IMG/VR virus record: IMGVR_UViG_3300020045_001776
Location: 1 to 38,891 of that record
Source: a virus
Taxonomy: Duplodnaviria; Caudoviricetes
Strand: one strand, 5' to 3'
Length of the DNA: 38,891 bases
Below the pieces are notes generated by a model. The model ran no database searches. It was not told the origin of the DNA and saw only the letters and a list, made by a program, of their open reading frames with translations. Below are positions 24,884-34,239 of this stretch, in pieces; positions within the stretch are counted from its first letter, which is position 1; every line of letters starts with the position of its first letter. A program made the translations under genes and the position numbers.

Positions 24884-26571
24884 CAGCCTCCAGTCGTCAT
24901 ATCACGAGCCGCTTTTTTGAGCGGGTCAGAGTCTGATTTAAGTACACCTGCCGCGCCCTGCAAAAAGCGTTGCTGAGATTCTGGAGTCCCTGGCGGCACT
25001 GTCAAATTGACCGTCTGGTTAGAAGTCACGTTTGTGTTACCACCTGAAGAAGCCGATTGAGCTACTGTAGACGGCACTACGCTTGGTGTAGATACTCCGC
25101 CTAAAGTCCCGCCAACTCCAAAAGCCGCACCTAATGCGCGAGCTTTGTCAATTACCCATTGAACCTTATTTCCCATCCAGCCCATAACCGTATCCCAGTT
25201 ATTCCACAGCATATAAACAGCGGTTCCAATACCTGCAATCGCTGCAACAGCCCATGCAATAGGCCCAAGCCCAACCACCCAAGCCGCTGCCATAGCCAAC
25301 CCGGTTTTCATAGCAGCCAATCCAATACCTGCATACATAGCGCCAGCCACGATGCCGATACGGGTAAAGTTAAGAATCATAGCAGCCGCAGAACCAGCAG
25401 AAGCTAATCCAATAGTTGCAAAACTAGCAATAGCGCCAGAGGTATTAGCAGCCCATGTAAGCGCAGATATTCCCGCTGTATAAGTCAATTTAGCAGCAAT
25501 GCCACCAAGCACGCCCATAGCCACCACGGAAAGCATTTTAAATCCTTCGCTTCCTGCTTCTATGTTTGCAATCCAGTTGCCAAAGATAGAATCTCCGCCT
25601 TCCATGTAGGTGTAAATATCATCAATCGCAAGTCCAAGCAAAACCAGCGCACCGACTACCAATCCACCAATTGAAAACACAGCGCCTAAGATAGTGATAA
25701 GGCCACCAAGCGCGATAGGCCCAAGGATAGCGGCCAGTGCAATGCCGAATAAGCGCAGAGCGTTAGAACTACCGCCGACAAACTCGATAAACGACTTCGC
25801 ACCGTTTTCAATTCGTTCAAAGCCACGCAATAGGAAATTGGCTACCGTGGTGACTACCTGAGATTCACGGTTTAGCTTGGCAATCATTGCGCCGAACTTG
25901 TTTCCTATGATTGTCGTAGCATGACCAATCGTCATTGGCATCTGGCGAAATTTATCCTGAAACAATGTTGACATTTTCAACGTAGCTTCAATGACTTGCT
26001 TGGATGTTATTTTCCCTTCGCTGGCAAGTTTCTTTAACTCGCTTCTCGGATAGCCAAGAGAAATAGCCAGTTCATCCATGTACTGAGGCGCGGCCTCTGC
26101 CATAGCTCGAAACTCCTCACCCTGCAATGTTCCAGCGCCTAATGCTTGGCTAAACTGAGTCATTACCGATGCGGCCTCTTGAGCCGTAGAACCACCAACC
26201 ACCAAGGCTTGACTAATGGTATTTGAAACCGTCAAAAGTTCTTCTTGAGTGTTGATATAGTCTTTTGCAGCGTTACCAATACGAGCGTACAGAGTTCCAT
26301 ATGCGGCCAATGACTGCCTGTTATCACTGGCATTTTTAGCCACTTCGTCAAAGGCCTTGCCGACATCCCCAAGCGTCTGAGGCAACATCCCTATCCGAGC
26401 CTCCAGCGACTGCATCGAATCAGCCACACCAGCCAAGGCCCGAAGCGAAGCGAACGCAGCAAGGCCGGACAGCATACCGCTTAAACGGTTAATGCTGCCC
26501 TCTACGCGGTTAATGCCGGTTTGATCGACGTTGAAGCCGAAACGAGTGATTAGTTCACGAACAATTGCCAT
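24880..26571 (-). CDS. tape measure protein
   Basis: QFSQALGAG.LQGEEFRAMAEAAP tape-measure motif, LKKLASEGKIT, Ala/Gly-rich hydrophobic C-half. Confidence 0.92.
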   Translation of the reverse strand: MAIVRELITRFGFNVDQTGINRVEGSINRLSGMLSGLAAFASLRALAGVADSMQSLEARIGMLPQTLGDVGKAFDEVAKNASDNRQSLAAYGTLYARIGNAAKDYINTQEELLTVSNTISQALVVGGSTAQEAASVMTQFSQALGAGTLQGEEFRAMAEAAPQYMDELAISLGYPRSELKKLASEGKITSKQVIEATLKMSTLFQDKFRQMPMTIGHATTIIGNKFGAMIAKLNRESQVVTTVANFLLRGFERIENGAKSFIEFVGGSSNALRLFGIALAAILGPIALGGLITILGAVFSIGGLVVGALVLLGLAIDDIYTYMEGGDSIFGNWIANIEAGSEGFKMLSVVAMGVLGGIAAKLTYTAGISALTWAANTSGAIASFATIGLASAGSAAAMILNFTRIGIVAGAMYAGIGLAAMKTGLAMAAAWVVGLGPIAWAVAAIAGIGTAVYMLWNNWDTVMGWMGNKVQWVIDKARALGAAFGVGGTLGGVSTPSVVPSTVAQSASSGGNTNVTSNQTVNLTVPPGTPESQQRFLQGAAGVLKSDSDPLKKAARDMTTGGW

Positions 26572-26589
26572 GCTTTAATTTTACCCGCC

Positions 26590-26838
26590 TCAGTCTTTTT
26601 TAGCCATAGCCTGCGCTTCGTAATCAGCGGTCATGTCAAGTAAGGCATTTAAACGCATCAAATCATCGACGCTGCAAATACCTGACTTGACCTCTGATAA
26701 TGAAACCTTGCGAGCAAGAATTGGACGCCATATCCATAGCTCTTGCTCTAAGTCTTCTCTTAATTTACCGGCAGGCTTTTCGCTGTTTGAACCCCGGCGG
26801 TTAGGTTCCCAAAGCGCCCCGCCGTTTTGGAGAAAAAA
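26590..26838 (-). CDS. -1 frameshift extension of tail assembly chaperone (gpGT-like)
   Basis: Overlapping -1 frame ORF (WIWRPIL...LSEVKSG..SVDDL..LN.LLD) entered at T TTT TTC, 26838-26832. Confidence 0.7.
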   Translation of the reverse strand, partial: FFLQNGGALWEPNRRGSNSEKPAGKLREDLEQELWIWRPILARKVSLSEVKSGICSVDDLMRLNALLDMTADYEAQAMAKKD

Positions 26839-27218
26839 GCAGAAAAGTTTAGTTTCAAAACTTCCCAAACCAACTCATACAAATCAAACAGGTTATCAGC
26901 AGTGAATGCCTGATTAATACTCATGCCGTCTTTGATAAATACTTTCTTATCAACCATGTATACCCTCGACTGGGTGAACATTGGCAAAATAATAGTATCC
27001 ATCACTTCTTCTGTCAGATTCTCAGCGATGATTCCAGTGGCTTCACTCAAATCAGCATCCAACAGATTCACAGAGCCGCCATGCTTACCTTTGGTCAATC
27101 CTCCGATAACCGGAAGGATTACTTTATTCAAGCGCAGCAAAATGCGGTTAGCCTCAAACGCATTCATTTTCATGGCCGTGTATTCTGACTGGCCAATGAT
27201 GATAGTTTCAGTTTGCAT
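26760..27218 (-). CDS. tail assembly chaperone
   Basis: Between tube and tape measure; MNAFEA...LYELVWEVLKLNFSAFF. Confidence 0.8.
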   Translation of the reverse strand: MQTETIIIGQSEYTAMKMNAFEANRILLRLNKVILPVIGGLTKGKHGGSVNLLDADLSEATGIIAENLTEEVMDTIILPMFTQSRVYMVDKKVFIKDGMSINQAFTADNLFDLYELVWEVLKLNFSAFFSKTAGRFGNLTAGVQTAKSLPVN

Positions 27219-27220
27219 GA

Positions 27221-27535
27221 TTATTTTGCTTCGCTAAGTTTTTGTTTCAGAGCATAGCCCATGAGCGGCCACATAGCTTTCCGCGCATTTTCAATGGCAA
27301 TTTTTTCGCCTATTTCTGCGTTGTCGTTCTCTGGCGAAACGCTGCACGACGGCTCGCCGTGGATTGCGTGTCCGTTTGTTGCCGTCAACACAGCCCAGCG
27401 AAGAACCTGCCCCGAGTGGCTGACGTGCTTCACGATTTCAGTGTGAACAATGTTTGCATTCAAATCTCTAAGCGACACACGCGGAGCAGTAAGCCCCTTT
27501 TCTTTAATCTCTTGCTCGATAGATTGGTCATCCAT
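27221..27535 (-). CDS. Gp49/Gp66 family phage protein
   Basis: KGLTAPRV...NG....G..SCSVSPEN.NAEIGEKIA.ENA...WPLMGY.LK. Confidence 0.85.
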   Translation of the reverse strand: MDDQSIEQEIKEKGLTAPRVSLRDLNANIVHTEIVKHVSHSGQVLRWAVLTATNGHAIHGEPSCSVSPENDNAEIGEKIAIENARKAMWPLMGYALKQKLSEAK

Positions 27536-27575
27536 TTTTCATCCTAAGTTGGTTAAAGTGGTTTTCATTCTACCA

Positions 27576-27623
27576 AAGAAAAACCCCCAAGCAGCTAGCA
27601 CCTAAATGCATAACCGATGGGGG
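27576..27623 (-). terminator. possible terminator/attenuator after tail tube gene
   Basis: - strand CCCCCA...TGGGGG-TTTTTCTTT with unusually large (28-nt) loop. Confidence 0.4.
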
Positions 27624-27648
27624 CCGTGTTGGCTAGATTATATGGTAA

Positions 27649-28080
27649 TCAAACGCCTCCGAGTGACATTTTCAAATCAGCACAATCAAAAATAAATGTA
27701 CGCTCTCCGACTTCTTTACCGAATACCATTTCAGGCGGCGTTTTAAGCCAAGCCTGAGTAGCTGCAACCAATTCAGCGCCATCACCAGGGCTAACAATGG
27801 CGATAGGGATCAGGATGTCACCGTCAAACAAGAAGTTATCAAGCGCCACCAGCGCCGCGATTTCATTCACCGCGGGTGAACTTTGCAACAGCTTGATTTC
27901 AATGGTGCCGGATTTATTGCCATTGCGGGCGCGTGCTACGTGTCCATCAGCGCCCACGCGCTTCATGTAAAGGTCTTCGTCACGCTTGGCAGTAATAAAG
28001 TCACCATCAGAGAAGCCGGAGACAATGACGCCTCCAACAATCACGGTTAGCTTGCTTGGGTCGTATGTAGATGTTGCCAT
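27649..28080 (-). CDS. tail tube protein (DUF3277-like)
   Basis: TYDP..L.VIVGG...SGFSDG.FI, VGADG.V, SGTIEI.LLQSSP. Confidence 0.88.
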   Translation of the reverse strand: MATSTYDPSKLTVIVGGVIVSGFSDGDFITAKRDEDLYMKRVGADGHVARARNGNKSGTIEIKLLQSSPAVNEIAALVALDNFLFDGDILIPIAIVSPGDGAELVAATQAWLKTPPEMVFGKEVGERTFIFDCADLKMSLGGV

Positions 28081-28092
28081 TGTGTTTCCTTA

Positions 28093-29427
28093 TTAGGCCA
28101 GTTCGTAACCGACATTGCCGTTAATGTTTACGACGTGGATAGCACCAGCAAGGCGAGCGCTAAATTGCAGAGTCAAAACACGCGAAGCCTTGACCAGCGG
28201 GTCAACCGACTGAGACAGTGGCGCAGTGATAGTGAAGCCCGGTACAGTCTTACCGTTTTCGTCAACTTCGTCAGGTGCGATATAACCCACCGTAACGCCT
28301 TGTTGCAAAGACTTGCGCAAGTTAGTCACGCACAGTTGAATGCCAGCATCGGTATAAGGCACCTTGGCGCGGTTAATCACTAGCATGGTCATGTTGGTCT
28401 GAATCAAGTCCTCCAGCCAGTCACGGCCTCGGATAACGTCAATCCACTCACCAGCAACAACCTTACCGGGGTTAGTCAATGCAATCTGAGTTTGGTAATA
28501 CTCGAATGTATTTCCGCCCTTGCCCAAGATCGTGCTGCGCTGAGTAGCTGACAGCTTGTCAGGCGTCACACCACCAAGTTTCTTCAATGCCCAAGTCTCC
28601 GAGCCTGGCTGCAACGGAAACACCGCCGACATCCAAGCTGCATCAGGGTATTGGGTCAAAGCGTTAGCACTGTATGCCGCGTAGGTGCGGTAGTAGCGGG
28701 TATCCTTAGCAACGCTGATAACGTCAGTAGACACACCTGGCGTCAGAATGTCAGCCTCGCTAGACGCAAAGCCAAACAGCTTTTTCTGAGTCTCAGTCCA
28801 CGCCGCAAAGTCAAGCTGCACTTGCTTGGTGCGGTCAGAGCTAATCAAGCCATACCAAGCATTGTCTTCCATTACGATAGCGGCCATATCGACAGCCACG
28901 GTATCCACGGTAGTCATAGCGCCCCACGACAGGTTAGAACCCAGCGTGACAGACTGCAAGTTAGATTGGCTAATCCAAGCCAAAGAAACAGTATTACCAA
29001 TGGCGGTAGCAGTCAGAGTCTCGTTTGTATCCGAAGTGATAGCCAATGCGAGGCCGGTAGCGATTTCCGCAGCGGTTGCGCTAGCGTCTGAAGTGTAGGT
29101 ATACACCTCAGGCGAAGTACCTGCAATCGTGATCGTGTAAGTCGTCAGATTGACGGCCACAATATTGATGATGGCAGTAGCCACAGCACGCCGACCGACC
29201 TTAACTTGGCGCGGGTGCGGTATCTGACTGAATGCAGCCTCGACGGCGCTCAGGATTGGCTCAGGCAAGTTAGCCGATACCGCATCGTCGTAGCGGGTAT
29301 AGGCTTGCACGCGATTGGTGAATGACATCAATGGTCCACAGATAAGTGGTGTCCCAAAATCCGCCCGCTCTACGCCGGTTGTATTCAGCGAAATGCTGAC
29401 ATTAACAATATCTGAAAGAGTTGCCAT
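28093..29427 (-). CDS. tail sheath protein (DUF3383-like)
   Basis: DIVNVSI, FSQ.P.P..VKVGR, PGSETWALK.L.GV, GEWIDVIRGRDWL, KVPYTDAGI, LAGAIH.V.I.G. Confidence 0.92.
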   Translation of the reverse strand: MATLSDIVNVSISLNTTGVERADFGTPLICGPLMSFTNRVQAYTRYDDAVSANLPEPILSAVEAAFSQIPHPRQVKVGRRAVATAIINIVAVNLTTYTITIAGTSPEVYTYTSDASATAAEIATGLALAITSDTNETLTATAIGNTVSLAWISQSNLQSVTLGSNLSWGAMTTVDTVAVDMAAIVMEDNAWYGLISSDRTKQVQLDFAAWTETQKKLFGFASSEADILTPGVSTDVISVAKDTRYYRTYAAYSANALTQYPDAAWMSAVFPLQPGSETWALKKLGGVTPDKLSATQRSTILGKGGNTFEYYQTQIALTNPGKVVAGEWIDVIRGRDWLEDLIQTNMTMLVINRAKVPYTDAGIQLCVTNLRKSLQQGVTVGYIAPDEVDENGKTVPGFTITAPLSQSVDPLVKASRVLTLQFSARLAGAIHVVNINGNVGYELA

Positions 29428-29479
29428 TGTGGCTCCTAAAAAATTAAACTTTGCAAAGTTCAGCCAAATGGCTTAGAAC

Positions 29480-29508
29480 ATTTTAGTTTTTACGCTGTGA
29501 AATGTCAA
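29480..29508 (-). promoter_or_regulatory. sigma70-type promoter for sheath/tube genes
   Basis: - strand TTGACA (29508-29503), 17-nt spacer, TAAAAT (29485-29480); 14-bp palindrome AACTTTGCAAAGTT at 29447-29460 downstream. Confidence 0.75.
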
Positions 29509-29511
29509 AAG

Positions 29512-30045
29512 TCAATCGGCTACGGTAGTCACCGTCAATACATACTCTTCATTCAAAGCCGTATTGACTGTCCCAATGGTGCCATCACTAATAACAGTCT
29601 CGATGATTCCGACGTTATCAGTTTGATCTGATTCCCAACGAATCGACAAATCAATGATGGCGCGTGGCTCGATAGCAATTCCATTCAAAAGCTGTGCAAT
29701 GTCAGTAACCGCCGACATATCAAAGACTGATATTTCACTATTTGAAAACTTATCTAGGTTCGAGTTAAGCAATAGCTTGTCTGAGAATGTCTCGACAGTT
29801 GAAACACTATCATTGCCAAAGCGATTGACATTCAGCACGCTCTCACGCACTGCTAATACCGTCTGCAAGCCTCCCGCGTCAACGTCTGAGTAATGAGGCT
29901 CACCAACTGTAGTAATCACGCCTAAGCGCAGTGTGGAGTAAGGCAAAGGCGGGCGTGGCCCCGTCTGGTCAGCCCAAATCACAGTGCCCCCCATGATTGG
30001 CTGAATCAGCGTGTAAAGCCGGGTTTTAAGCGTGCTGACGTTCAT
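29512..30045 (-). CDS. tail terminator / neck protein
   Basis: VIWADQ.GPRPP.PY.T, E.RA.ID; directly upstream of sheath. Confidence 0.75.
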   Translation of the reverse strand: MNVSTLKTRLYTLIQPIMGGTVIWADQTGPRPPLPYSTLRLGVITTVGEPHYSDVDAGGLQTVLAVRESVLNVNRFGNDSVSTVETFSDKLLLNSNLDKFSNSEISVFDMSAVTDIAQLLNGIAIEPRAIIDLSIRWESDQTDNVGIIETVISDGTIGTVNTALNEEYVLTVTTVAD

Positions 30046-30632
30046 TACGCAGCCAAGTATTTAACGACAGAGATATACCAACCATTCACCACGACAGTGC
30101 ATGACGCATCAGACCACAAACGCAATTCTGCCGGGTTGACTCGCACAATATCAGAGCCAATATAAAACGAGCCATTCATGCTCATTTTTTGTACGCCTGC
30201 TGTTTTAAATGTGGCAGAGCTAGCCTCTAATGTGAACTCAATACCTGTACCAATGGCAAAGCGTTTATCAAATTTAACCACCTGATTAGCTGCGCTTGTC
30301 GTGACAATAATGTCAGATCGAATACTAACCATAGTATCAATTGGCAATTCAGTTAGCACCAATTGGTTAGTAGTTGAGTTCCAAAGATTAGTAACTCCAC
30401 TTGGCAAGCGCACGCGAGTATTAGGCCCAAGCTTATTATTAGTCAGCTTCGTCCATGTGCTAGGCGACACGCTGATAGGCGTGATAGCCGTAGCTGTATC
30501 GTTGTAATCAGCATAACCAATCTGGGTTTGCAAAGCCTCAATCTCAGTCTTGGCGGATGCAAAGTTAGCCCGTACACCTGCCGTAGTTGGGCTCCCCAAT
30601 GGTGGGACGGCTGTATTGATATTAGATGCCAT
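30045..30632 (-). CDS. putative virion accessory (collar/fibre-like) protein
   Basis: N-terminal ASNIN..VP..G.PTT..VR.NF..AK.EIEALQ helix then beta-rich domain; in neck module. Confidence 0.55.
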   Translation of the reverse strand: MASNINTAVPPLGSPTTAGVRANFASAKTEIEALQTQIGYADYNDTATAITPISVSPSTWTKLTNNKLGPNTRVRLPSGVTNLWNSTTNQLVLTELPIDTMVSIRSDIIVTTSAANQVVKFDKRFAIGTGIEFTLEASSATFKTAGVQKMSMNGSFYIGSDIVRVNPAELRLWSDASCTVVVNGWYISVVKYLAA

Positions 30633-30635
30633 TGT

Positions 30636-31022
30636 TTAACCTCTTGTAAGTGTACCGGCGACCCATGCAGCCGCGTAGCCCGTAGGCGCTTCCATGCGCC
30701 GTGTGGCATAAATCTTGTAATGCGAGATAACGTCCATTTGGCGCACAGAGATAGAGCTAATCTCATATGCATAGCCACGCCACACGATCAAATCAGGCTG
30801 TAATCCCGTACCTTCGCCACCCTCTTGTAAACTGGTGTCAGTGTAGACCTTCACCATGTCAGAGATACGGCGACCTTCTGGCGCTGTAATCAGGTCTTGT
30901 TCCGTGGCTGGCTGAATGCTTGCTGTAATGCCTAAAACACTGCGCACACCTGGCACAAACACACCTGACACATACGCACCAGCGGATTCATGCAAAACGT
31001 CAAAAGGTTTTCTGAAACTCAT
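30636..31022 (-). CDS. head closure / head-tail joining protein
   Basis: G.YV.G.FV.G...I.ASIQPA...L...PEG.R...KVYT...D.IVW.G..YEI. Confidence 0.75.
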   Translation of the reverse strand: MSFRKPFDVLHESAGAYVSGVFVPGVRSVLGITASIQPATEQDLITAPEGRRISDMVKVYTDTSLQEGGEGTGLQPDLIVWRGYAYEISSISVRQMDVISHYKIYATRRMEAPTGYAAAWVAGTLTRG

Positions 31023-31471
31023 TTGCGGATCAGATGTTTAATTGAATTTACAAGCGCACCGGAGTCCACAAGCGTCTTAGAACTTCCCTTCTTAGCCTTG
31101 ACCGTGCTATCAGCCAGCTTAGGCAAGAAGTTCCGGCCAGTGATAGTTTGCTGAATGTCTTTTTCAGCTTTTAACCCAAGCGTCGTAACCATTTGAGCAA
31201 AGGCTACTTGACCTATTTGCTTGACAATCTTTTCCATGTACCTGATATAACCCGGTTTGTTTTCGTCAAATGCCGTCCTCATGAATGGCCGTGACGGTAT
31301 TTTATCAGTACCGAATTCATTAGCCGTGGCATATTCAGCAATATTGAATCCTTCAGCGTCTTTTGAACCCTCAAGAACTCCAACAACTAATTCAGCCTTA
31401 TGAGCACTTTTAAACTCAAGCATGATTTTTTTCATACCTAAGTCTTTATCCATGACGTATTTTGTAGCCAT
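31019..31471 (-). CDS. neck / tail completion protein
   Basis: VVGV...A..NEFGT..IPSRPFMR...LA.ST...K.SSK.LVDSG.L..SI. Confidence 0.8.
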   Translation of the reverse strand: MATKYVMDKDLGMKKIMLEFKSAHKAELVVGVLEGSKDAEGFNIAEYATANEFGTDKIPSRPFMRTAFDENKPGYIRYMEKIVKQIGQVAFAQMVTTLGLKAEKDIQQTITGRNFLPKLADSTVKAKKGSSKTLVDSGALVNSIKHLIRK

Positions 31472-31854
31472 TAGATACTCGGAACAATATCAAACATACG
31501 AGTAATACCACCCATGCTAATATTCATACTCAAACGGTCTAGCATGTTTTGGTAAATACTAGCGCCACCAAAGTGATTATTAGATTTAGTTTGTGAACTT
31601 GAAAACTGACGTTCTAAGTCGCCCTCTTTTTCACGAATCAAATCACCACCTCCGCTAGTCCCTGATTCACTGCTCTGGCGTTGCAAAAGAAGAATACAAG
31701 CCTGATACACCAATGCCAACCCGCGAGACTCAACGGGATACAGTTCAGGACTGATAAACAGTGGCGCTAAATCAAGCATCCCCTGCACAGTTTCATCACT
31801 GACAGACGCAAACTCAGGCGCTACGATGCGTAAAACTTCAAGTTGCGTTGCCAT
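31471..31854 (-). CDS. head-tail adaptor (DUF4054-like)
   Basis: APEF..V.D..V, REKEGDL.R.F; position. Confidence 0.7.
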   Translation of the reverse strand: MATQLEVLRIVAPEFASVSDETVQGMLDLAPLFISPELYPVESRGLALVYQACILLLQRQSSESGTSGGGDLIREKEGDLERQFSSSQTKSNNHFGGASIYQNMLDRLSMNISMGGITRMFDIVPSI

Positions 31855-33422
31855 TAATCTATCCAGTATGTAGGGTCAATATAGGCCACATTATATGAGG
31901 CATCAACTGACATGGTATTGTAATTAGGCACAATAGGACGAATCATACGAATCACAGCCGCTGTGCCTGTCAATGGCGACAATGTAATGTCATCAAAGGC
32001 ACCAGACGCATAAGCCGGGATGATTGATACACCAGTCGCACTACCTGTCAATGGCGTCAGTGCAATAACTGGCAAGCTACCAACCGCCACCGCTGCGCCA
32101 TAAGCCGCACCCGTAGCCGGATTAATTGACAGTGACGCAAATACACCAGCAGCGACACCCGCAGAGCTACCAGACGCCTCGCCAGTCAATGCAGTCAGAC
32201 TAACATCATCAAACGAGCCGGAAGCGTTACCAGCCACAACAGCTTCACCGCTGGCAGTGCCAGTGATAGGCGTGAGACTGATAGCACTAAGCAAACCAGT
32301 AGCCGACGCTGTGCCGCTAGCAGTGCCTGAGACTGGCGACAATGCCACGTCATCAAATGCACCGCTGGCATTACCTGCTACGACTGTCTCGCCGTTAGCT
32401 GTTCCAGTGATAGGGCTCAGGCTAATTGATGCTAGCGTGGCTGACGCGTTAGCTGACCCGGTAGCCGTTGCGTTTATTGCACTCAGGCTGATTGGTGCGA
32501 ATACACCAGACGCTACGCTAGCGCCTGACGCTGTGCCATTAACGGCGGTAAGGCTTACCGCACTAAGTGAAGCCGAAGCTGATGCCGCGCCGGATGCTGA
32601 TCCACTAACAGGTGACAGGCTAACTGCGCTTAGTGAGCCTGATGCGTTGCCGGTTACTGCGCCGCCTGTAACTTGATCGTCAACCCAGATGCGGACAATC
32701 TCGGGCTCGAAGATTTGCCACGGGTTGTCGCTGAGGGATTTGATTTCGGAAGAAGTAAGCTGTCTATCCCAAGCGCAGCATAAGTAAATTGCGCCACCAT
32801 TCCAAAATGGTTCCCCGTCACCCCTATTTAATATTCGCAGTGCGCCGCCCTCAGTAGCTGTACCTGTACCAGTACCTCCGTACAAACTTATAGCTGAAGC
32901 AGTATCAAATAAACCATTAATATAAAACTTTGGTGCTGACCCTATGTCACTGGACTGAACAGCAAAAGCAATAAAATCAGTATTTTCTTGGATTGTTGCT
33001 GAACTTCTCCAGACTTTAAAGCCGCTGTTAGCTCTTCCTAGCTTAATACCTCCGCCACCAGCAATACCAAAGTCAAAAGGTGTTGTAGACGCTCCGTTGC
33101 TTGGTGATTTTGAGATAGCTGTAGCATCAACAGTAGTTAGTTCAATTCTTCCATACTGAAGTAATGTAATTTCTGAAAGTAATCCAACAGCAACATCTGC
33201 TGAAAACTGAACTCTTCCGGGTATTGCTGTTAACTTTAGTCCTAATCCTTTTTGAGTACTTACCTTTTCTGTGCTGAATTTTGTTCCAATAGACATTGAA
33301 ACAAGTTCAGACCCATCTGAGTAAAGTAACTTTAATCTTTTAGTTAACGGATTATTCCAGTCAATCCCAACAGTATCCTGCGGCTGAGAAGTCCGCGGGA
33401 TGCGTGTCTCAACCCAAGCCAT
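31854..33422 (-). CDS. virion fibre-like protein: LamG/concanavalin-like domain plus ~10 Ala/Ser/Gly/Thr repeats
   Basis: IDWNNPL...FYING...WDRQLTSSEI.SL..NPWQIF; ~22-aa repeats ASG-x2-3-(I/V)SL(S/T)P(V/I/L)TGxAxG. Confidence 0.7.
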   Translation of the reverse strand: MAWVETRIPRTSQPQDTVGIDWNNPLTKRLKLLYSDGSELVSMSIGTKFSTEKVSTQKGLGLKLTAIPGRVQFSADVAVGLLSEITLLQYGRIELTTVDATAISKSPSNGASTTPFDFGIAGGGGIKLGRANSGFKVWRSSATIQENTDFIAFAVQSSDIGSAPKFYINGLFDTASAISLYGGTGTGTATEGGALRILNRGDGEPFWNGGAIYLCCAWDRQLTSSEIKSLSDNPWQIFEPEIVRIWVDDQVTGGAVTGNASGSLSAVSLSPVSGSASGAASASASLSAVSLTAVNGTASGASVASGVFAPISLSAINATATGSANASATLASISLSPITGTANGETVVAGNASGAFDDVALSPVSGTASGTASATGLLSAISLTPITGTASGEAVVAGNASGSFDDVSLTALTGEASGSSAGVAAGVFASLSINPATGAAYGAAVAVGSLPVIALTPLTGSATGVSIIPAYASGAFDDITLSPLTGTAAVIRMIRPIVPNYNTMSVDASYNVAYIDPTYWID

Positions 33423-33824
33423 TTAGGCGCTCACTGCGTTAGTGATCTCTGACAGGAAGGCTTCGCACGTCACCGCGTTCGTCGTGTTTCCTGTCACTTC
33501 GACTTCGAGGTTCATCACTTCAGGCCCGACGCGGTATGACCATTCGTTAGTGACGCCAGACACCAAGCCCGTGCCCAGCACATAGACTGTTTTCCAGTCC
33601 GCGCCTGCACTAGCGGCGGCAGGAGTTGCCCCAGCGTTGTGGGCAACCAGCACGCGCACTTCAGCCTGCACTCCGAGCGTGCCAGCGTTGTTGGTCTTGA
33701 TGGTCAAGATGCCGCCTTGCGCTGTGCGCAAATCAACCACGCCGCGTGTAGTGGCACCGGCTGCATTGCTTGTGCCAGCAGCGATCAGCGTGCGGGGCGT
33801 TTTTGTGATGGTGGTCGTGCTCAT
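33423..33824 (-). CDS. hypothetical beta-rich structural protein
   Basis: 133 aa, Thr/Ala/Gly-rich, coupled to neighbours. Confidence 0.7.
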   Translation of the reverse strand: MSTTTITKTPRTLIAAGTSNAAGATTRGVVDLRTAQGGILTIKTNNAGTLGVQAEVRVLVAHNAGATPAAASAGADWKTVYVLGTGLVSGVTNEWSYRVGPEVMNLEVEVTGNTTNAVTCEAFLSEITNAVSA

Positions 33825-34234
33825 TTGTCTGTCCCGTCATCGTTTTTCATTGCCACTTCTACTTCAGCAGCGGTAACAAATACTGGCACCTCAGCTACAG
33901 CCTTTAGCACAGCACCCGCAGCACCCGGCATTTCACCAGTAGCTACCATTTCATTAATCATGGCGCGAGTGGCAGGGCTTCCGAAGTCTAGTTCACCACG
34001 CTCAATTAGATACCACGCCCATTTAAGAGGATGATTCAGCAGCGACATTTCTTTTAGTGCATCCAGCAAGGCAGAGCCATCAATCGGCCCAAGTGCCTCA
34101 AGCACTAAGCCAATTCCGCCTAGCTTTCGCACCACTTCAACACGCCCCACACTGAGCGCGTCAGCAATAGCCTGATGGTCTTTACTTGCGACTAGCGCAG
34201 GGCTTAGAGATTGGATTTCAGCGTAGAGCGTCAT
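33821..34234 (-). CDS. hypothetical protein
   Basis: 137 aa ORF tiling the operon; D..AIA.ALS.GR motif. Confidence 0.7.
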   Translation of the reverse strand: MTLYAEIQSLSPALVASKDHQAIADALSVGRVEVVRKLGGIGLVLEALGPIDGSALLDALKEMSLLNHPLKWAWYLIERGELDFGSPATRAMINEMVATGEMPGAAGAVLKAVAEVPVFVTAAEVEVAMKNDDGTDK

Positions 34235-34239
34235 AGTGC

